A stretch of 38,171 nt of DNA from Octopus bimaculoides (taxonomy: Eukaryota): assembly GCF_001194135.2 (NCBI RefSeq), contig NC_068983.1:39149754-39187924 (forward strand), written 5' to 3'. The position numbers were made by a program, and so were the translations under genes. Shown here in pieces: positions 34,261-38,171 of this stretch. Numbering within the stretch: the first letter of the stretch is position 1; every line of letters begins with the position of its first letter. The notes under the pieces were generated by a model. The model was not told the DNA's origin. It did no database searches and saw only the letters and a program-made list of their open reading frames with translations.

Positions 34261-36976
34261 TATCTTTTCTTCTATGGATGAAATTACCCAGACAGCAGTC
34301 TAGTTGGTCATTACTCATTGACATGCATCCACTCTTTCCAGCTCAGAAAAAGTTTCGGTAATAATGATTGTACTTGAGTTTTGTAGAGAATCAGTGCCTT
34401 CATTACCCCTTTTGTTATCATATTTTTTGTTAAAATACACTGTCTCTGTTTCAGTTAAGTTTGAAAGTAATGAAAACTTTAGTAGAATAACTGTTGTCAT
34501 TTAGCAGATGTTTAGAATATGAATTAGCATGAAATCTTGAAGGGAGGTTATAATTTAAGCTAGCTGGCCCTGTGCTGTCAAAAATGATGGGTGGGGCAGG
34601 CGGATGGATGGATACGCACCTACCAAATTCATTCACCAGGCATTGGTCAGCTTGGAGCTATGGTAGAGGATCCGTAAGATGCTGCATTATCAAACTAAGC
34701 ATAAAGTCACATAGTTGCAAAGCAAACTTCCTGACCACATAGTCATGCCTGTGCGTGTATATATCAAGCTAAATCTTCTTGTGTGTCTGTGGAGTGCTCA
34801 ACCACTTGTATGTTAATGTTACAAGCTGGCTGGTTTGTTGATTGGATCAGCTAGAACCTCCATCGTTGTCCAATTGAGTGCCAGTTTAGTTTCTATAAAA
34901 AGTCTGGTTATGATAATACTATCTTTTGCTTGGAAATAGGTTAGGGTTGATGACAGGAAAGGCACCTGGTTGTAGAATATCTGCTTCAACAAGTTCTGTG
35001 TCACCTGTGCAAGCATGGAAATGTGGACATTAAAACAATGATGATGACAATGATGGTGTTTGTTTATATATAATAAAAATGCCTAATGTTGGTGCTCTAG
35101 TATGGCTGCAGTTCTTGGGGTGATGTTTGTTAAATTCTAATTTCCAGTTAATAGTTGCTTAAACTTTGTAAAATCATTGATTCTGGTTAAGTAACTTTTA
35201 TTGGTCTCACTGGAGCAGGAAAAATACAGGTTAGAGCTTTCATATGACCTCTGTTATGTAACAACCACATTTCTCGATTAGCCTTCAACTAACTAATAGT
35301 TGGAAACCACATGTGTCATTACTTAAAAACCTAGGGCAATAGTATCTCCCCCACCCAACAGAAATGTTATAGCTACTGGTGAAACAGTTGATCAAATATT
35401 GAAGTTCACCGTAGTAAATAATCTGGAAACTACACTTATGACCTCTCCTTAAAAAAATCTCTCTGTAATACTTCAACTTTTAGAAATCTGGTGTATATTA
35501 AACCTGATGCTTGATATCAGGTTTAAAATATACAAGCTTTGTAAAAGAAACAATATTCTTAGCAACAAATAGTCACCATAACCAAAGAAAAATGAAAGTA
35601 AATGCAGTTATGATCTCAATTAATAAGAGGAGTCTCACCAGCACTGTATGGGTTACAAATGAATAAATATATGGAGTTATGGTTGTATTGTGAAGCAGTT
35701 CACTTCCAAACATATATGGTTTCAGGTTCAGTCCCACTGTGTGGCACCATGGGCAAGTGTTTTTTATAGTCCCAGATGAACCAAGGCTTTGTGATTTTGA
35801 TAGATGGAAACATAAAAAAACCAGTTGTACATGTGTATGTGTATCTGTATATGTTTGTATGTGAGTGAGTGAGTTCTTATATTTCCTCTTGTCTTTGTGT
35901 GTGATTTCTGATTGTAAACAATGGCCTGGCAAGTAAACGGTGTTGTTTGCTTGCAATCCATCACAAAAGTTTGTCTTGGTTTCTTGACATGTCTTGACAT
36001 GTTGCCTGATGTTTGTAAACAAAAGACTTATTAATTCTACTGGCGCTGTGTGTGTTTCTAGTATTCTACATAACGATGTCCAGGCTGGGCTGATTGTTGT
36101 TCCATATAGACTGGAATAGTTTAATTTCACTTGGAAATAGGCAGTAGTTGGTGTCACAAAGGTCATCCAACCATAGAAACCTCTGTCCCAACTAACTCTC
36201 ATTTGACTCGTGCAAGCATAGAAAAATAGATGTTAAAACAATAGTAATGCTGTTGCTGCTGCTGCTGATGAAAATGGTGGTGATGATGATGATGAAGAAG
36301 AAGCATTTCTTTAAGTATTTAATTTGACTATAAAATTTATCCCCTTGGGTGCATTTCCAGCAGTTTAGGATGAAGATCTAATTGATTTTGCTGTTACTTA
36401 ATGATTCACCAACTAGGATCAGCTTACCTTTCCTTCCCAGGATGACAATAATGGTGGAGTGCTACTGCTTAACAAGTAAACAAGTGTGGGCCTTGGCTCC
36501 CATCATAAATTAGGGTTCAAAGGTTGACAGCAGTTACTGGTTGTTTGTTAAGATTTTATCCTTAAGAATAATCCAGTGTTTATTTGTAATTTACCCATAA
36601 AAAAGTAAATAAATAAATAAATGAAATCAGATTAATTGAGAAATTTTAATTATCTGGGAACCTATAATATTTGATTTAAATCAAGGACCAGCAAGCTTCT
36701 TAATATCATTGACCCTTCATGGAATTGTTAATAACTTACTGAACCCTGTCATGCAAATTTCGAAAATTAAATTAATAAGTATAATTAATTACAAATTTTT
36801 TTGATTTAGAAACAATAATTCCACCATTTTTAATAAGAAATATTTAAAGAAATTTTATAAAAATGCTTAATAAAATTGATAAAGAACAATAAAATTCAGT
36901 TGTGTTGTTATATTGATTTAGTCAGAATATTAAATATGAAATATGTGTTTGGTGCGTACAAGTCATTGCATTGATA

Positions 36977-37415
36977 TATATTTCTTTGTTGCCCACAGGG
37001 GGCTAAACATAGAGGGGACAAACAAGGACAGGCAAAGGGATTATTAAGTCGATTACGTCGACTCCAGTGCATAACTGGTACTTATTTAATCGACCCTGAA
37101 AGGATGAAAGGCAAAGTCGACCTGAGTAGAATTTGAACTCAGGACATAACAGCAGACAAAATGCTGCTAAGCATTTTGCTCGGCATGCTAACAATTCTTT
37201 TCTACTCTAGGCACAAGGCCTAAAATTTTGGGGGAAGGGTGGGGGGCAGTCAATTAGATTGACCCCAGTACACAACTGGTACTTAATTTATTGACCCCAA
37301 AAGGATGAAGGGCAAAGTTGACCTTGGCGGAATTTGAACTCAGAACATAAAGACAAATGAAATACCACTAAGCATTTTGCCCAGCATGCTAAAGATTCTG
37401 CTAGCTTGTCGCCCT
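36977..37415 (-). mobile_element. Tandem pair of family B SINEs inside a single 11-bp TSD
   Basis: Junction at ~37192. TTGCATTGATA at 36966-36976 and 37416-37426. Confidence 0.85.
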
Positions 37416-38171
37416 TTGCATTGATAGTTAGCTAGAAATTAGTAAGTTTTAACTCTCTAAAGTGGTTGGTGTCAGGAAGAGCATCCAGCCGTAGAAACCA
37501 TGCTGAAGCTGCTCAGCACAGCCCTGCATCTCACTGGTTCTTGTCAAGGCATCCAACCCATGCCAGCATGGAAAATGGACATCAAAGGATAATGATGATA
37601 ATGAAGATTATAATGAAACATTATTTTCTATTTTCTTAATTAGAGAGAGAAACTGTGTCCAGCAATTGTCCTTAATCTATTATAACTTGACCGTTTAAAT
37701 CAGTTGCTGTAGAACATTTATTACCCAATGAGCTGGCAGAATCATTAGCATGCCGGGCAAAACGCTTGGTGGTATGTCATCCATCTTTAGGTTCTGAGTT
37801 CAAATTCCGCTGAAGTTGACTTTACCTTTCATCCTTTCTGGGGCAATAAAAAGTAAGTACCAGTTGAGCACTGGGGGTCGACATAATCAACTTGCCCCCT
37901 CCCCCAAAATTTCAGGCGTTGTGCATATGGTAGAAAGGATTATTACTTGATGATGTTAAAAAAAGAAAAAAAGGGGGCTTAGAAAAAGAAAGAAAAGAAG
38001 CAAAATGAAAAGCAGAGTTCCAAAGGGTTTCTTATGCCATGATTTTTTTTCTTTTCCTTTTTTTTTTTGTTTTGTTATTTCCTTCAAAGTGCGAATCTTG
38101 ATTTGGATTTAATTGGACATATGATCACTTTCCCCACCTATTTTCTCCATCACTTGCTCTCACTTTTCTTT

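Noticed and set aside
35573-36202. 209-aa minus-strand ORF
   Set aside because: It runs through antisense SINE fragments (NTCPWCHTVGLNLKP is the recurrent antisense translation of family A) and microsatellite sequence.
1-38171. CRISPR array, prokaryotic operon or rRNA
   Set aside because: No regularly spaced direct repeats with unique spacers, no gene-dense coding regions and no rRNA similarity. The sequence is eukaryotic repeat-rich DNA.

Overview
AT-rich, microsatellite-dense eukaryotic non-coding DNA with about 2.4 kb of N gaps. The SINE repertoire points to an octopod cephalopod (Octopus-like); this is inferred from remembered SINE consensus sequences, not from a search. No host protein-coding gene can be recognised. 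Nearly all ORFs in the supplied track are artefacts of N runs, microsatellites or antisense SINE sequence. The only convincing coding remnants are transposon-derived: a decayed mariner DD34D transposase (26.4-27.3 kb, minus), an internally deleted hAT element with TIRs, 8-bp TSD and dimerisation domain (12035-13135), and old CR1/Jockey/L2-like LINE fragments. The rest is a nested mosaic of at least four SINE families and several MITE families. The most interesting structure is a 743-bp insertion (22965-23707) flanked by a TTACAAAT target-site duplication, whose empty-site paralogue lies at 21171-21280. It is built from ~285-bp inverted arms, each carrying a minimal type I hammerhead ribozyme on opposite strands, which resembles a Penelope-type or retrozyme non-autonomous element. 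Other leads are a candidate recursive splice site, recurrent junctions in SINE dimers, an insertion hotspot in a TTAA MITE, and several fold-back or long-range inverted repeats that are potential ADAR substrates.
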